This document shows, piece after piece, positions 1-11,670 of a stretch of 64,000 nucleotides of DNA. Source of the stretch: Antedon mediterranea (lineage: Eukaryota; Animalia; Echinodermata); contig NC_092678.1 in the NCBI RefSeq assembly GCF_964355755.1, positions 19,051,365-19,115,364 of the forward strand, read 5' to 3'. Position 1 is the stretch's first letter; each line of letters begins with the position of its first letter. The notes beneath the pieces are model-generated. The model had not been told where the DNA came from. It saw nothing but the letters and a program-made list of their open reading frames with translations, and made no database searches. The translations under genes were made by a program, and so were the position numbers.

Positions 1-664
1 GACCACAGTGTTAACATAAATGTTCCCTTTTTTTTTTAGGAAAAATGTCTCATTAATAGTGTTGTCTCCTCAATAATGATTGACCATGATAGTGTTAACA
101 TAATTTCTCCCTCTTCACATTTTTGACATGGGAAAATGTCCCCTTTACAGTTGTCTCCCTTAAAAAGGGATGTCCAAAGGAGTGCTTCTACTGTATCAAA
201 AGTTCATAGCATTTAAACAAAAGTACTGCGGTATATAAGCAACATTTATTGTCTAGACAGTAATCTCATTATAGTCTCTACAGATACGGCATTATTTTGG
301 CCGGTTTTGTAAACATAATGTTTGATAGATCTAGTACGTAACATGTGTCATCTGTATCAAGGAATTACTTTGTATGATACTCAGCAGACTAGATACAGTA
401 GTGCTGGAATCAGCTAATTTAAATGTACAGTCCCAATGCATCATGCATATTTTTTTTTTGAATTTCGGAAATTGTTATCAATGGCAAACAAATTTTCCCA
501 TCAGCTAGTTTTGTTCCATTGTATAGAGCTTACAAATTAAATTGCCAACATATTGGTAGAGCTGTTAATAGATATCTTGGAATTTATATTGAACATGTAC
601 AAGTTTTTCGAGTACATTATTTCAGTTCTAGGCCTTTGTAAAATTCTAGTTTTGTTATTTTCAG

Positions 665-779
665 CCTCCATCAAGCAGTCCTCACACCCCTGTGTCGGGT
701 TACTCTCCCATCCACCGTGATGCTAGCTCTACTTACTTTAGGTCAAGGACCCATTCAACACCAGTCAATAGTTCACCAG
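665..779 (+). CDS. TMEM209: TMEM209 internal coding exon (first visible in window; Ser/Pro-rich linker)
   Basis: ttttcAG acceptor and G|GTAAG donor. Encodes PPSSSPHTPVSGYSPIHRDASSTYFRSRTHSTPVNSSP. Phase 0 to 1 fits the next exon. Confidence 0.75.
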
Positions 780-1064
780 GTAAGCCAGTATTGCTGTCTG
801 CATTCCCACCTTTTGATACTTGCATTCACTCTTTCTAATCTCTGAAGCCCCTTCCTTCTCACAACAGTCCCAATTATTATTCTCATGTATCTTTCTATCT
901 AATAGTAATTCATTATTAATATTAGCAATAAAATGTTATGTTAGCATCAATTAAAAAAACCGTCGGATATTTATTTAAAAAAAATGTTATTTCATGTTTA
1001 TCCAACAGCGAGTAACTCTCCAATTACATGATGGATAAACTATTTTATAATCTATCGTTCTTAT

Positions 1065-1255
1065 AAACTCAGTCTCATTTGAGGCCTTAGGGAGTGGAGT
1101 TAAAAGAGTTGTGAGTTTACAACCCTTGCACTAGGCCAGCCAGGATTGAACCCTGGCACTAGGTTAGGATTGAACCCTGGCACTTGGTTAGGATTGAACC
1201 CTGGACCTTAGGATTAGAAGGCAAGCATATTAACCACCGATCTACAGCTCCACTA
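1065..1255 (-). mobile_element. tRNA-derived SINE with tandemly triplicated B-box segment
   Basis: The minus strand reads GGAGCTGTAGATCGGTGGTTAA (A box)...CCAGGGTTCAATCCT (B box). The B-box segment occurs three times with 24-bp periodicity at 1142-1206. Confidence 0.7.
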
Positions 1256-1404
1256 CTGTTACTGTTCTTGTAGCCGTTTTCTTCTGAAGACAATTATTAT
1301 TCGTACTTGATTGGGCTAACAATTAAAGCATTATTCAAATAAAATTTAAATTTAAAAGTTAAATATTTACTACTTCAATAAACGTATGTGTTGTTTCATT
1401 TCAG

Positions 1405-1497
1405 TTACAATGGGTGGTGATGATGTCATAACGGACACAGCATCTTTGCAGTCTTACCTCAAGGCTTTTGAAGAGAAGGAGAAGAGAAATCAATTAA
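1405..1497 (+). CDS. TMEM209: TMEM209 coding exon
   Basis: tttcAG and GTATGT sites. Encodes VTMGGDDVITDTASLQSYLKAFEEKEKRNQL, similar to recalled vertebrate DYMTDLRTLDTFLRSEEEK. Confidence 0.88.
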
Positions 1498-1590
1498 GTA
1501 TGTATTGGTCATGCTTGAGTGGAATTATGTAACCTTTGACATTTTTGTCAATTAAAAATAAAAACATTTTTTATTTAAATTTTACAACAG

Positions 1591-1835
1591 ATGGTGCTGA
1601 TCTGTCCCCAAGCGGAAGCCCATCGTTCTGGACTTATAATCGCACAGCGGCAGAATTCACTCCGGTGCTGCGTAAATATCAGTACCAATTAGCTAGTCGA
1701 TCACCGCAGTCTTCGTCTTCTCGTAATGACGATGATGACCCCGATTTTCCTGCAACTTTGACTGCAGCCGAAGTGTGGTCGAAGTTCCATATTTCTAAGG
1801 ATACGGTTGAAGAATGGACAGCCAATTTAAGAAAG
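1591..1835 (+). CDS. TMEM209: TMEM209 coding exon
   Basis: Encodes SPSFWTYNR...LRKYQYQLASRS...AEVWSK...EWTANLRK, matching recalled TMEM209 SPTFWNYSR...LKKFQYQLACRS...EEVWAR...SWTAKFRN. AG/GT ends are in phase. Confidence 0.93.
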
Positions 1836-2417
1836 GTTTTAACTTTGACCTTTTTTTCTTTTGAAATACACTATTATTATAATAGAGTAAGATATTTTCG
1901 TTCTTCCCAAATATAAAAGTGTCACAGCCTTTTTATTGCAAATAAAAACGATTGTTTGCCAGTGTGAACAAGGCTTTAGAGAGTAGAAATCAATTTTTAT
2001 CGGATATTTTAAATAAAGAATTCAATACTACATGCTATGCAGTATCTTATCACTAGGATTCCAGCCTTCATTAAAATTAAGGATCTAGGCTAGGCCCAAG
2101 CTAAACGCTGGCTAGGCACGTGTACTACTACCGGCCCAGCAGTGGAATAGCCCCACGAGTGCTACTAGCTATAGATCCCAAGGTCATTACGTCATAATGT
2201 TCACTAGTACATCAACGAAATTGTCCACATAACATTTATATATCTGTCGACAAGTAACGGTCAACTATGTGGAACGTTGTGCATGTTCACTCAAATCTAA
2301 AAATTCCTATTGTTATATATGGAATGACATTTGTATTTTTTCTGTTCATCTGGAAAAAAAGAACATATTTTAGGCCTAAATGTATTTAATCTGTATTTAT
2401 AAAAAAATCTCTTTCAG

Positions 2418-2514
2418 TGGATATACCAGTCAGTATTGAAGCCACTTACCGTAGAAATTGATAGTATTAATAGGAGGCTAACTCAACTTGGCACCCCAGA
2501 GCTGAAAATTGGAG
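2418..2514 (+). CDS. TMEM209: TMEM209 coding exon
   Basis: Encodes WIYQSVLKPLTVEIDSINRRLTQLGTPELKIG. ctttcAG and GTAAGT sites. Confidence 0.93.
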
Positions 2515-2665
2515 GTAAGTATGTATTTTACAAATCCCGGGCCAGGCCTGCTTATAGAGAGCACTGCCAGATGAATATTTGTTGTAAGGAAATCGAAACA
2601 TCAAACACTATTGGTTTATCATAAAGAATATATTATATTCAAAATGTTCTTTTTTTTATTAACAG

Positions 2666-2791
2666 ATGTGAGCCTTACATCTTTAAAGCAAGTAGCCCAC
2701 ACCAAAGCTCAACACTTGCCCACACTGAATGCAGTTCTGCCCTACCTAGATATCTCAACGAACCAAGAATACTTAGTTACTAGGCTTAAAG
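2666..2791 (+). CDS. TMEM209: TMEM209 coding exon
   Basis: Encodes DVSLTSLKQVAHTKAQHLPTLNAVLPYLDISTNQEYLVTRLK. aacAG and GTAAGA sites. Confidence 0.93.
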
Positions 2792-2926
2792 GTAAGATTG
2801 TTTTCACTTTCGTATATTTAATACATTTTTTCTTTAGAGTGAGCTGATTTTAAGAATAACGACGAATAATGACGAATAATAGTATATTGTGTATTAAATT
2901 TAATTATTCTTTTATTTGTGTTACAG

Positions 2927-3024
2927 AATTAGGCAGTGGCGGCAGTATAAGTGAATTTAGGTGGAATGGTGGAGGAACACATAAGGGAAGGAAATGGCAC
3001 CAAGATTTACCCACAGATTCAGTT
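2927..3024 (+). CDS. TMEM209: TMEM209 coding exon
   Basis: Encodes ELGSGGSISEFRWNGGGTHKGRKWHQDLPTDSV, the conserved FRWNxGG...WxxDLPTDS block. Confidence 0.95.
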
Positions 3025-3090
3025 GTAAGAATAATATTAATTCTCATGAAGTTAATATTACAAATAATATATTATAATAATATAATATAT

Positions 3091-4793
3091 TGTTGTCATC
3101 GTCATTGTCACCACCAAATTGTTGTCATCGTTATTGTCGCCAACAAATTGTTGTCATCGTCTTTGTCAACACCAAATTGTTGTCATCGTCATTGTCACCA
3201 CCAAAATTGTTGTCATTGTTTCTATTGTCATTGTCACCACCAACATTATTGTCATCGACATTGTATTTATTATTATTTGTGTCATGTGTCACCACGTGTT
3301 GTTGTCATCGTCTTTGTCAACACCAAATTGTTGTCATCGTCTTTGTCACCACCAAATTGTTGTCATCGTCTTTGTCACCATCAAAATTGTTGTCATTGTC
3401 ATTGTCATCACCAAAAATTGTTGTCATCGTCATTGTCACCATCAAAATTGTTGTCATCGTCTTTGTCACCACCAAATTGTTGTCATCGTCATTGTCACCA
3501 CCAAAATTGTTTTCGTCATTGTCACCACCAAAATTGTTTTCGTCATTGTCACCACCAAAATTGTTGTCATCGTCATTGTCACCACCAAATTGTTGTCATC
3601 GTTATTGTCGCCACCAAATTGTTGTCATCGTCATTGTCACCATCAAAAATGTTTTCATCGTCATTGTCACCATTAAAATTGTTGTCATCGTCATTGTCAC
3701 CACCAAAATTGTTGTCATCGTCATTGTCACCACCAAAATTGTTGTCATCGTCATTGTCACCACCAAATTGTTGTCATCGTCATTGTCACCACCAAATTGT
3801 TGTCATTGTCATTGTCACCACCAAATTGTTGTCATTGTCGCCACCAAATTGTTGTCATCGTCATTGTCACCACCAAATTGTTGTCATCGTCATTGTCGCC
3901 ACCAAATTGTTGTCATCGTTATTGTCGCCACCAAATTGTTGTCATCGTCTTTGTCAACACCAAATTGTTGTCATCGTCATTGTCACCACCAAAATTGTTG
4001 TCATTGTCACCAACAAAATTGTTGTCATTGTCATTGTCACCACCAAATTGTTGTCATTGTCATTGTCACCACCAAATTGTTGTCATCGTCATTGTCACCA
4101 CCAAATTGTTGTCATCGTCATTGTCACCACCAAAATTGTTGTCATTGTCGCCACCAAATTGTTGTCATTGTCGCCACCAATTTGTTGTCATCGTCATTGT
4201 CACCACCAAATTGTTGTCATCGTTATTGTCGCCACCAAATTGTTGTCATCGTCTTTGTCAACACCAAATTGTTGTCATCGTCATTGTCACCACCAAATTG
4301 TTGTCATTTTCATTGTCAACACCAAATTGTTGTCATTGTCATTGTCACCACCAAATTGTTGTCATTGTCGCCACCAAATTGTTGTCATCGTCATTGTCAC
4401 CACCAAATTGTTGTCATCGTCATTGTCGCCACCAAATTGTTGTCATCGTCATTGTCACCACCAAATTGTTGTCATCGTCATTGTCACCAATAAAATTGTT
4501 GTCATCGTCATTGTCACCACCAAATTGTTGTCATCGTCATTGTCACCAATAAAATTGTTGTCATCGTCATTGTCACCACCAAATTGTTGTCATCGTCATT
4601 GTCACCACCAAATTGTTGTCATCGTCATTGTCACCACCAAATTGTTGTCATTTTCATTGTCACCACCAAATTGTTGTCATCGTCATTGTCGCCACCAAAA
4701 TTGTTGTCATTGTTTCCATTGTCATTGTCACCACCAACATTATTGTCATCGACATTGTATTTATTATTATTTCTGTCATGTGTCACCACGTGT
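3091..4793. repeat. Intronic minisatellite, ~27-28 bp unit AAATTGTTGTCATCGTCATTGTCACCACC
   Basis: Directly visible tandem array in the TMEM209 intron 3025-4899. It accounts for the overlapping His/Cys- and Val/Ile-rich ORFs. Confidence 0.95.
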
Positions 4794-4899
4794 GATGGAA
4801 GAAAACATATGATTTCGAAACGAAAACAATTTTTATTTCAATTTATTGACAAATTCACAATTTAAAATAACAGAAATATTTATTTTTCATTCATTTTAG

Positions 4900-5055
<156 letters not shown>

Positions 5056-5112
5056 TAAAGTTGTTAGTTAACAATTACTAGATGCTACTTTCTTTGTCAC
5101 ATATGATATATA

Positions 5113-5308
5113 TTTTTAGTCGCGTGGACGCGACTCTGTAGTTTACTATGTCGGTCGGTCTGTCTGTTGGTCCGGTATCACTATGCGTTTTATCGCTTTT
5201 CTGTACTTTTTGAACTGTTTTGATGTACAGAAAAGTTTTAAAGTACATTACTTTTTGAAAGTTCATTTTTTTCTGAGAGCACGCGACTTATGGCTGTTGG
5301 CCTTGTTT
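5113..5308 (+). mobile_element. Helentron-associated non-autonomous element (HINE/DINE-1-like)
   Basis: 5' hairpin AGTCGCGT-GG-ACGCGACT (5118-5135), a GTCG/GTCT microsatellite, the subterminal inverted copy CACGCGACT (5280-5288), a short 3' stem-loop, and T-rich flanks without a TSD. Confidence 0.7.
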
Positions 5309-5315
5309 GTTTCAG

Positions 5316-5413
5316 ATTTAAAGAGAAAAGATAACCTAATATTATACCAGTCAACTATTAATCCGCCACACTATAAGTTGATTGTTGGTGATGACACATG
5401 GGATCTTCCAAAG
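5316..5413 (+). CDS. TMEM209: TMEM209 coding exon
   Basis: Encodes DLKRKDNLILYQSTINPPHYKLIVGDDTWDLPK (YQSxINPPHY motif). AAG|GTAAGT donor. Confidence 0.94.
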
Positions 5414-5822
5414 GTAAGTCTTAAATACACTGATTGATCAGCTAGGTAAGAATATAGTACCGTTGAAATTACTTGGATTTTGGCAATTTTTAACTTACAA
5501 CTTAAGGTGGGCTTTTGCCCTAATATGGGCTTATTCTTGAGTACTACAGTAGTGAAATAGAAAGTCATAAAAACACAGAAAACCAGTATAATAAATAATT
5601 TGGAATGTAATACAAATGATATAATATATGAATTATTTCTTTTTTACTTCCAAAATATTATTGAGTAATCCAAGTATATTAAATTATATATGAATAATGG
5701 ATTATTAATATTATTATTATTTATTATTTTATATAATTATATTAAAATAATTCTAAAGAATAGCCAATTACATCTAAATAAACATATTTCTGAGTACTGA
5801 TTATTTGTTACACAACAATAAG

Positions 5823-8800
5823 ATAAGATAAGATAAGATAAGATAACTTTTATTGATCCTCAAAAAGGAAATTCATTGCTCGTCATAATAACAAAGAAAA
5901 CACTATAAAAACAAATATAGCATAAAACCATTCATATAAAAACATCTAAAAAATTACAATTATAAAATTATCTTCTTGACTTCCTGTTGTACTGGATGAT
6001 ACCGGAGGGAATAAAGGATTTAGCAAATCGATTTGTTTTCACACTGAGGAGCCTCAATCTACCACTTGGATTAAGTTGGTCTATGATCACTTTGTGGAGA
6101 GGATGAGAGGCATCCGACTCAATGCGTTCGAAATCTTTCTGGAGGTGTTCTAGGTGCACATCGGTAAAGGAAGGCAGTTCCAGACCAATCATTTTACCAG
6201 CCTGACGGATGAAAGTTTCAAGGCGTCCTTTATTCCCTCCGGTAACATTACCAGCCCAACAGGAGAGGCAATACGTCCAAACACTACATATAACGGATCT
6301 ATAGAACGAAAGTAACATCAAATCACAGGAGTTAAATTTATATAAAGTTCTCATACAATACATTCTGGGACTTAATTTTTTGCTGATGAAGTCTATATGG
6401 TCTCCCCAACTCAGTTTATCATTGAAAACAATTCCTAGATACTTGTACTGGTCAACAATTTCAATTTCTTTACCTTTGATAGTGATTGGTTGAAAATTAA
6501 ATTTATGTTTAGTCCTAAAATCAATGATCATCTCCTTTGTTTTTGATGCATTTATTTGGAGATAATTATCGTCACAAAATTTAACAAATCTTTGTATTTC
6601 GCTACGATAATTTTCATCATTGTTTGAAACTATGAGACCAATAGTACTAGTGTCATCAGCGAATTTAACAACGGGGCAAAGCTCATCATTTAAAGATCTG
6701 TAATCCGCCGTATACAAGGAATATAATTTAGGTGCGTTGACAGTACCCTGAGGAACACCGGTGTCAGAGGTTACGATTTCTGACTTAACACCATTAATAT
6801 TAACAAATTGTTTTCTATCACAAATGAAATTTAAAACTAAACGAACAATCGGACGGGGAAACTCCATATTCAACATTTTGTCTGCTAAGATATGGGGTTG
6901 TATGGTATTAAACGCAGATTGAAAATCAAAATACATAATACGTGCCGAGTGGCCTTTCTTTACATTATCTAGATGTGAATACAATTCATGTAATTTAAAA
7001 TAAATCGCATCACTGGTTCTACGGAGTGATCGGTAAGCAAATTGCAACGGGTCTAACACTTTTTCAGCATAAGGTTGCATAATTTTTAAAATAATACGTT
7101 CCAATATTTTCATCGCGACAGACGTGAGTGCAACGGGTCTCAAATCATTCATGCTGTTAATCTTAGGTTTCTTAGGTACCGGTATTATGCATGAAAGTTT
7201 CCAAATATCCGGGAACGCATGATAAGAAAGACACATATTGAAAATAAATGTAAATATACCATCAAGGTGAGGAGAGCAGACCTTAAGTACTCGTGGTGGG
7301 ATTCTATCCGGCCCAGCAGCCTTCGATGAATTGAGTTTCATGAATTCGTTATGTACATCAGAAATGCTTATACTAAATTTGGGATCAGTCACCCGACACA
7401 AGCTAAATAGAGCCTCTCTTTCTTTTTTAAAATCATGAACATTAAAACGGTTATAAAATTCATTTAACTCATTAACATATTGCACAGTAACATTCGGAAT
7501 CGAGGTGGGTGTATTACCACCGTTTGTGTAACCACTCATAAGTTTCATACCCTGCCAAACTTGTTTCATATTATTAGACATGAAGTTATGTTCAACTTTT
7601 TTCCTATAAATGTTCTTCTGTTTCATTATTTCAGATTTAATCTCTCTAGTCAATATTTTCATACGATTAGAGTCGCCCATCTTAAAGGCTTTACGTTTCT
7701 CACACAACAGTAATTTAACGCCTTTCGTGATCCATGGCTTGTTGTTAGGGTAGATTTTCACTTTTTTAACTGGAACGCATTTATCAATACAAAAGTTTAT
7801 GTACGAGCTCACTGCATAAGTAATACTATTCAAATCTTCATCCTCCGTAAAAATATCCCAATCGGTAGATTCAAATTCCGCTATCAGGGCTTCCTCGGCT
7901 TCAGGAGACCATTTACGTACATTAATAATTTTTGGTTGGCATGTCTTATTTAACGGGCGATATTTAGGACTGAGTAAAATCAAATTATGATCAGATTTGC
8001 CCAAGTTCGGTAGTGGGGTCGAAATATAGGCATCCTTCACACTAGAGTAGCATAAATCAAGAATCGCGTTGTCCCTCGTTTTACATGTAACATGCTTATA
8101 ATAAGTGGCCGTTGTTTTCTTGAGCTTGCATCTGTTGAAATCGCCATTGATAATTACAAGCGCCTCAGGTGACTACACTCAATACCTTCGATAATTTCTG
8201 CGATCTCATTTATAGCAGGCTTTTCAAGCTTTTTGTTAGGTATGTATACCATAACATTGATAACATGCGAGAACTCTCTCGGAAGATAGTAGGGGCGAAT
8301 ACCAACAACCAGCACTTCCGAGTGTGGCGAACATTTATGAAGCTTAAGCGTAGAGTTATTTGGATGACAGTATTTCTCATTAATGTAGAGGCAAAGACCA
8401 CCACCGCCATCTTTGTTCGCTTCGGCTGTACGATCCCCACGAACAGATTTAAAGCCAACTACTTGAATATGTTGATCGCTATGCTTATCGCTCAGGTGGG
8501 TTTCCGTGAATGCAAGTAAGCTGGCATTCCTAAAATCGCTGAAGTGTTCGACGTTTGCTCTGAGTAAATCGACTTTGTTATTCAAAGATCTTACATTTCC
8601 AAATATTAAAGATGGTATAAAAGGCTTACATTTCCTTCGTTGTAGTCGCTTTCTGACCCCACCAGCCTTGCCCCTTTTCCGAAGCCTGCGACGTTGTATC
8701 TCAGATGGTAATTCAACGTGTGCCGGTAGCGGTGAGGTCGACCTCTCGCCCATGGAATGCAAATCAGATGACGTGTACGCAATTCCACCGCCCGGCTTAC

Positions 8801-9000
8801 TCAATCCACACAGTAAGAACAGCCAAAATATCAGCAAAAAATACATAAATTTCAAAACTTTCACATACAACATAATGTATAAATCAAATGACTTCTTCCA
8901 CAATACAATACAGTCCAAATATACGAAAATAACGTCAAAAAATGAGTAACAATAGTGAGACAATGAGACGAGCTGTGTCGCCGTGTTGCACAGCGCCACT
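5823..9000 (-). mobile_element. Near full-length non-LTR retrotransposon (APE endonuclease + RT), Rex1/Babar-like, with one frameshift
   Basis: The 5' ORF has APE motifs (GNVRSL, FTETHL, GGGLCLYIN). The downstream frame continues GDFN...LDLCY...SDHN, then RT motifs (LRPVALTS, QFAYR, DFQSAFNTI, GVPQG, FADD, YKYLG) and a C-terminal HPLH...TNRFAKSFIP. The 3' tail is GAATTTCCTTTTTGAGGATCAATAAA followed by (TTATC)n. Confidence 0.9.
5968..8999 (-). pseudogene. LINE pol ORF (EN-RT) interrupted by an apparent 1-nt deletion near 8170-8177
   Basis: Frame A ends IEGIECSHLRRL*. Shifting one base gives PEALVIINGDFNRCKLKK...VKDAY, continuous with the 690-aa ORF 5968-8040. Confidence 0.85.
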
Positions 9001-9010
9001 ATATATATAT

Positions 9011-9770
9011 AAGTTTACAGTAGTAATTAAAGTATGTTACACTACAATACTTTTACAATTATCAATTCTGTATACAGTATGTTACATCGCACAGTTAAAT
9101 TACATTTACAGTTGCAATTCTGATTATTTGTTACAGAACAGTAAGTTTACAGTAGCAGTTCTGTATAGTTACAGAACAGTAAGTTTACAGTAGCAATTCT
9201 GATTATTTGTTACAGAACAGTAAGTTTACAGTAGCAATTCTGATTATTTGTTACAGAACAGTAAGTTTACAGTAGCAGTTCTGTATTGTTACAGAACAGT
9301 AAGTTTATAGTAGCAATTCTGATTATTTGTTACAGAACAGTAAGTTTACAGTAGCAATTCTGATTATTTGTTACAGAACAGTAAGTTTACAGTAGCAGTT
9401 CTGTATAGTTACAGAACAGTAAGTTTACAGTAGCAATTCTGATTATTTGTTACAGAACAGTAAGTTTACAGTAGCAATTCTGATTATTTGTTACAGAACA
9501 GTAAGTTTACAGTAGCAGTTCTGTATTGTTACAGAACAGTAAGTTTATAGTAGCAATTCTGATTATTTGTTACAGAACAGTAAGTTTACAGTAGCAATTC
9601 TGATTATTTGTTACAGAACAGTAAGTTTATAGTAGCAGTTCTGTATTGTTACAGAACAGTAAGTTTACAGTAGCAGTTCTGTATTGTTACAGAACAGTAA
9701 GTTTATAGTAGCAATTCTGAATATTTGTTACAGAACAATAAGTTTACAGTAGCAGTTCTGATTATTTTTG
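9011..9770. repeat. Minisatellite of 41- and 38-bp units with 120/240-bp higher-order periodicity
   Basis: Units are GTTACAGAACAGTAAGTTTACAGTAGCAATTCTGATTATTT (41 bp) and a 38-bp variant ending ...AGCAGTTCTGTAT(A/T). The sequence at 9181, 9301, 9421 and 9541 is in register. Confidence 0.93.
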
Positions 9771-9779
9771 ATGGAACTA

Positions 9780-11324
9780 TTAATATTGGAATAGTTTTAC
9801 TGTTTTGTTACCGCGGTTAGCTACAGAAACTGTTCTGGGATCATTCGAAATGATGGATATTCCACATGGATCAAATATGCCATCTTTTGGAGTATCGATT
9901 CGTTTAATGAAATCTCCGGTATTACTTAGAAGCTGGATTTTCTGTTTACTGGCAACAATGATGTTGTTATCATCATCGACTACTAACCCACTGGGATAAA
10001 GCACAAATCCATTCCCACTCCCGCCGATTGTGACAAGGTTTTTAATGAACCTTCCCTTATTACCGAATAATTGTAGTTTCCTGCTGGTGTGTCGCAATAT
10101 AAGAACATTCCCTTGAATTAAAGCAACATCAATGGTCCCCCTAAGTACCTCTCCATCTTGCGCACCAATAGTTCTGATCATCTCACCGCTTTTGATGTTA
10201 AACACAAACACACAATCATCCTCATAATCGGCAACGTATAAAGTGTTTGACACTTCATCTACACACATACCATAAGGGTCTTTCAATACGCCCTCACCGA
10301 TTGATTTAACAATCTCGCCATTTATGTTGCATATTGTTACGCACTTACGGCCACTGTCACTGAAAGCTATGCAATCATTTATTTTCAGCATTCTGTTGAC
10401 CTTCGCACCCTCTGGTAGCGCAATCTCCCCCAAAAATTCTCCTGAATAATTATACTTACTAATACCACCATTACACGAAACAAGTAAGCTGTCGTCATCA
10501 AATTTCACGGCATCTTGTACGTCGCCACCTTTTGCAGGAATCGTGTTTAAAAGTTTTGATTTCTCAACTGTGATTATTATTGGCGATTGCTCGATTGGAC
10601 TGCCATCAGCGCTAACCTCTATTTTGCAAACACCTGGAAACGTGTATTTCTCTGCGACAATGTAATCACCCTTTTCATCTTGCTCGACTTTCGTGATGCT
10701 CATTTCTCCCGTTGGGTGTGTCCAGGTGGCGCTCAGTTTACTCTCGTCGATGTCTCTAATTTGGTGCAATTTTACAACAATAATATTCTCCCCTTTGGAG
10801 GAAGCATCGTGTTCCACAATTTGATAGCTTGCCTTTGTTTGTGTAACTTTTCCGATGTTAAAAGTCAACAAACTTTGATGCTTGTTTTTCAAAAAGTAAA
10901 TCTCTCCATTATCGTTAGGTTTTGTGTCCGGTGACTCCTTGATAAATTCTTGCAGCTCTTTCATTCCATCTTTAGCTGATGCCATCTCTACTTCTCCTTT
11001 CTCCAGCACTTGAATTAGAGATTCCATTTTGTCATCCACTGCAGCTTTTTTCTTATCGAGGTTATCAGCCTGTATTTCGATCGCCTTTTTCTTCTTCTCA
11101 AACATTCTCTCCACTTGGTTCTTCATTCTCTTACCACTTTCTTGAATATTTTTAACCATTTCATCTACATGAATATTAATATCTACGAAGCTATATTCTT
11201 TGCTTTTTTCTAATTTTCTTGCGTTACTATCAACAGCTTTCAGGTCATCTTCCAGTTGTTGATTATAAAGTTGTACATCTTCTTTGAGTTTTTGGAACTC
11301 TTGAGATACTTCAATATTTGCCAT
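9780..11324 (-). CDS. RING-less TRIM2/3/71-like protein: coiled coil + filamin-type Ig domain + NHL beta-propeller (514 aa), nested in a TMEM209 intron
   Basis: Intact 514-aa ORF. N-terminal heptad-rich region, a filamin-like segment GDYIVAEKYTFPGVCKIEVSADGSPIEQSP, and NHL repeats (DPYGMCVDEVSNTLYVADYEDDCVFVF; YPSGLVVDDDNNIIVAS; DPCGISI...VANRGNKTVKLF). A splice acceptor lies just upstream of the ATG. Confidence 0.88.
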   Translation of the reverse strand: MANIEVSQEFQKLKEDVQLYNQQLEDDLKAVDSNARKLEKSKEYSFVDINIHVDEMVKNIQESGKRMKNQVERMFEKKKKAIEIQADNLDKKKAAVDDKMESLIQVLEKGEVEMASAKDGMKELQEFIKESPDTKPNDNGEIYFLKNKHQSLLTFNIGKVTQTKASYQIVEHDASSKGENIIVVKLHQIRDIDESKLSATWTHPTGEMSITKVEQDEKGDYIVAEKYTFPGVCKIEVSADGSPIEQSPIIITVEKSKLLNTIPAKGGDVQDAVKFDDDSLLVSCNGGISKYNYSGEFLGEIALPEGAKVNRMLKINDCIAFSDSGRKCVTICNINGEIVKSIGEGVLKDPYGMCVDEVSNTLYVADYEDDCVFVFNIKSGEMIRTIGAQDGEVLRGTIDVALIQGNVLILRHTSRKLQLFGNKGRFIKNLVTIGGSGNGFVLYPSGLVVDDDNNIIVASKQKIQLLSNTGDFIKRIDTPKDGIFDPCGISIISNDPRTVSVANRGNKTVKLFQY

Positions 11325-11507
11325 CTTAAAGTCCTTTAAAAAAAAATTAAGTAATATATATCGTATATGATCTTAACTTTTAAAGTTAATTTGAAAATTC
11401 CAGTTGTTGTGTGAAAGACCATATAAACATGCTACTGCAATTACTGCAGTAATCAAATTTTGTTTATTCTTAAACTTGTTTAAATGCAATTCTTCAGCAA
11501 GCCCTTA

Positions 11508-11670
11508 AGCTCTGTCTACACCATCAAATTAAATGTGTCAAAAACAAATGTAATGTGCCCATATATGGACATGATGATGTTATAATCAATCAGTATGATA
11601 TTTAGGCATATACTGTATATCACTACTATATTTGGAAATATCACACTTTTTTTTCAAACTAGCTTAATAG
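11508..11670. mobile_element. MITE, TIR AGCTCTGTCTACACTATCAAA family (copy 1, right end disrupted)
   Basis: Same termini and internal palindromic arms as the copies at 23121-23497 and 46430-46598. Confidence 0.7.

Noticed and set aside
2869-4865. 647-, 467-, 251- and 185-aa His/Cys- and Val/Ile-rich ORFs as real proteins
   Set aside because: They are translations of an intronic minisatellite in all frames. Only 2927-3024 is a true exon.
8154-8999. Separate LINE ORF1, or a programmed frameshift
   Set aside because: This ORF encodes the first half of the APE endonuclease, and no slippery heptamer is visible at the break. A 1-nt deletion is the simpler explanation.
9110-9770. CRISPR-like array
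   Set aside because: Units are contiguous with no unique spacers, there are no cas genes, and the context is eukaryotic.
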